Shown in pieces: positions 15,198 through 15,522 of a stretch of 15,522 nt of DNA. The notes below the pieces were generated by a model. It was not told the DNA's origin. It searched no databases and saw only the letters and a list, made by a program, of their open reading frames with translations. Each line of letters opens with the position of its first letter. Position 1 is the stretch's first letter. The DNA lies in NCBI GenBank assembly GCA_963768425.1, contig CAVYHV010000016.1, positions 1-15,522 on the forward strand. The letters run 5' to 3'. The position numbers and the translations under genes are program-made. This DNA is from Candidatus Bathyarchaeota archaeon. Its GTDB lineage: Archaea > Thermoproteota > Bathyarchaeia > Bathyarchaeales > Bathycorpusculaceae.

Positions 15198-15413
15198 TGC
15201 TGGACCTCCAGAACAACTTTTGTTTTTGGGTATGAAGCTGCCGCATGCATCGCTGGAAGCTATTCGGTTGAGCCGTTGTCGCCCATTTAGTAGTCGAGTC
15301 GCAAGCGACCGAACCAGTCTGCGCAATCCCCACATCTGGCTCCGTCCATTAGTGAAAAGCCTCCCAAAGAGAAACCAAAACCTAATCACCATTAACGCAT
15401 AATGTTTATCCAT
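15171..15413 (-). CDS. Small basic hypothetical protein, first gene of the early operon
   Basis: ATG 15413 preceded by GAGGT. Arg-rich. The 3' end is uncertain because of a possible indel in an A-run. Confidence 0.45.
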   Translation of the reverse strand: MDKHYALMVIRFWFLFGRLFTNGRSQMWGLRRLVRSLATRLLNGRQRLNRIASSDACGSFIPKNKSCSGGPALNLQIDQD

Positions 15414-15428
15414 TCCAAAAAACCTCTT

Positions 15429-15522
15429 ACCATCTTTCTAGAGTAGCGAAAAAGAAAATGGGGGATTGGCGAGCCCCCTATTCGCCATTTTAAGAAGTAT
15501 AAATTACACTCTAGATGATGGT
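15429..15522 (-). promoter_or_regulatory. Putative early promoter (TTTATA at 15498-15503, minus strand) flanked by imperfect inverted repeats
   Basis: ACCATC-TT-TCTAGAGT (15429-15444) versus the reverse complement of 15508-15522 (ACCATC-A-TCTAGAGT). An internal GC-rich stem region spans 15455-15491. Confidence 0.5.

Noticed and set aside
44-15402. Numerous plus-strand ORFs in the track (e.g. 44..256, 2187..2444, 6464..6853, 10790..11185, 11575..11928, 14062..14424)
   Set aside because: Mostly antisense shadows of well-supported minus-strand genes, with no motifs or SD. Only 4435..4974 is credible on the plus strand.
15460-15487. H-type pseudoknot from the interleaved stems
   Set aside because: On the transcribed (minus) strand the last loop would be only 2 nt across a 6-bp stem, which is sterically unlikely; treated as alternative hairpins instead.
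1-15522. CRISPR array, tRNA/rRNA, integrase/att site, IS element, diversity-generating retroelement
   Set aside because: By eye, no regularly spaced repeats, cloverleaf, recombinase, transposase or reverse-transcriptase motifs, or long near-duplicate segments. A computational scan would be needed to exclude weak cases.

Overview
The window is an internal segment of an archaeal tailed virus (Caudoviricetes, HK97-fold) or provirus, almost all on the minus strand. The host is probably Bathyarchaeia-like; this is inferred from GGTGA/GGAGG Shine-Dalgarno (SD) motifs, TTG starts, and a NosD/CASH surface protein with an IPE-TM-basic tail. In transcription order (right to left): an early promoter with nested inverted repeats, small hypothetical genes and three HTH/wHTH proteins, a host-like surface-protein island, a putative membrane (XhlA/holin-like) gene, a ParB/Srx + ABC ATPase + Mom-like GNAT module, TerS, TerL, portal, a stand-alone Mu-F-like Cys/His domain, an opposite-strand AT-rich membrane 'moron', prohead protease/scaffold, capsid cement, major capsid, head-tail genes and the start of the tail tube. 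The best lead is the packaging-linked candidate DNA-acylation system. Its ATPase and acetyltransferase meet at an in-phase A AAA AAA heptamer followed by a hairpin, a candidate programmed -1 frameshift. Caveat: about a dozen other single-base indels lie to the right of ~8100 (sequencing error or prophage decay), so many ORF-track calls there are fragments. All product calls come from motif reading and gene order; no database searches were run.
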